Shown here: one piece after another, positions 63,490-64,000 of the stretch
How positions within the stretch are numbered: the first letter of the stretch is position 1
Layout: each line of letters opens with the position of its first letter
NCBI GenBank assembly: GCA_044226925.1
Contig: JBGAGC010000001.1
Coordinates: 474,862-538,861, forward strand
Direction of reading: 5' to 3'
DNA from: Parachlamydiaceae bacterium
GTDB lineage: Bacteria; Chlamydiota; Chlamydiia; Chlamydiales; Parachlamydiaceae
Length of the DNA stretch: 64,000 bases
Notes under the pieces: model-generated
The model's input: the letters and a program-made list of their open reading frames with translations, nothing else
The model's database searches: none
Told to the model about the DNA's origin: nothing
Program-made: the position numbers and the translations under genes

Positions 63490-63825
63490 ATGAAATTTCT
63501 TCGCTTAGCTCTTTTCAGTATGTGTTTATTAGGTTGTGGCAGTGCAACAGCTGCACAATTGTCTGATCGCCAGTTTGACCAAGATCATATGATTACAACC
63601 AACTATAGCATTCTTATTCTTTCAGCTTTTGACGACGAAGACCACATCACAGCTTATACGGATTATGGCACTTTGCTTTGGGATGTCACCATCCATCCAA
63701 AAGTCATTTCTTGGAAATTAAAAGATGGCTTGCTTTACATTTTCTCTAAATCTCGCTATTTAAACAAAACTTACCTGACTTGTGTCGATCCTGCAACAGG
63801 ATATACACTCTGGGAAAGACCTTAA
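63490..63825 (+). CDS. small lipoprotein with a single beta-propeller-like repeat
   Basis: 111 aa from MKFLRLALFSMCLLGC (lipobox; ATG 63490). The C-terminal VDPATGYTLWERP resembles a PQQ/BamB-type blade. The ORF-track 5' extension lacks an SD sequence and precedes the signal peptide. Confidence 0.6.
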   Translation: MKFLRLALFSMCLLGCGSATAAQLSDRQFDQDHMITTNYSILILSAFDDEDHITAYTDYGTLLWDVTIHPKVISWKLKDGLLYIFSKSRYLNKTYLTCVDPATGYTLWERP

Positions 63826-63827
63826 AT

Positions 63828-63860
63828 AAAAGCCAGTTGGGAATTTACCAACTGGCTTTT
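63828..63860. terminator. bidirectional rho-independent terminator
   Basis: AAAAGCCAGTTGG-gaattta-CCAACTGGCTTTT, a 13-bp perfect stem including A/T runs, between convergent genes. Confidence 0.85.
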
Positions 63861-63871
63861 AAGTCGTCTTA

Positions 63872-64000
63872 TTAACTGAAGATTTCATCATAATGATCAA
63901 TTAAATGCTCTGTGATCGCTTGTCCTGGCCCAAGCGCTGCAAAGGCAGCTCCAGGATCTTTGACTTGTGGAGTATACAGTCGAGGAGCAAAAACAATGGC
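63872..64000 (-). CDS. 3' end of an unidentified gene (5' part outside window)
   Basis: The minus-strand frame is open to the window edge and ends ...AIVFAPRLYTPQVKDPGAAFAALGPGQAITEHLIDHYDEIFS* (TAA at 63874-63872), immediately before the terminator. Confidence 0.5.
   Translation of the reverse strand, partial: AIVFAPRLYTPQVKDPGAAFAALGPGQAITEHLIDHYDEIFS

Noticed and set aside
1-64000. Known anti-phage defence systems, toxin-antitoxin pairs, prophage or conjugative modules
   Set aside because: No nuclease/ATPase/methylase/reverse-transcriptase/integrase combinations or small adjacent TA-like ORF pairs were recognisable. The only mobile-DNA gene is the IS transposase.

Overview
AT-rich chromosomal window that looks like an environmental, amoeba-associated member of the Chlamydiae. 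The lineage call is an inference from gene content: a TopA-SWIB fusion, a long-form GreA of about 720 aa, a stand-alone nqrA, mreC next to aspC, and a minus-strand type II secretion operon (orf469-gspD-gspE-gspF-gspG plus three further pseudopilin-like genes running off the left edge). I count about 55 protein-coding genes and one tRNA-Ala(GGC). I saw no rRNA, no CRISPR array, no prophage and no known defence system. Housekeeping genes recognised by motif: nqrA, hemB, hemF, mutY, bcp, greA, rdgB, gpsA, nnr, parB, aroB, dprA, topA, aspC, mreC. Accessory or unusual content: (i) a phnW-phnX phosphonatase pair in which both normally cytoplasmic enzymes carry Sec-type signal peptides, followed by a lipoprotein gene. 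This is my best candidate for an undescribed system: an exported 2-aminoethylphosphonate-degrading module. (ii) An intact IS4-superfamily insertion sequence flanked by a perfect 32-bp direct repeat that duplicates a terminator hairpin. (iii) A plant-PRISE-like enone reductase next to the tRNA and an AT-rich decayed region. (iv) An orphan-NCS1 permease-DUF917-hydantoinase operon. (v) At least two families of short palindromic intergenic repeats. (vi) Decayed genes: a frameshifted PQQ-type beta-propeller and a receiver-domain remnant. (vii) Many lineage-specific orphan genes, some with Inc-like bilobed hydrophobic domains. All functional calls come from motif recognition by eye on the supplied translations. 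No database search or computation was possible.
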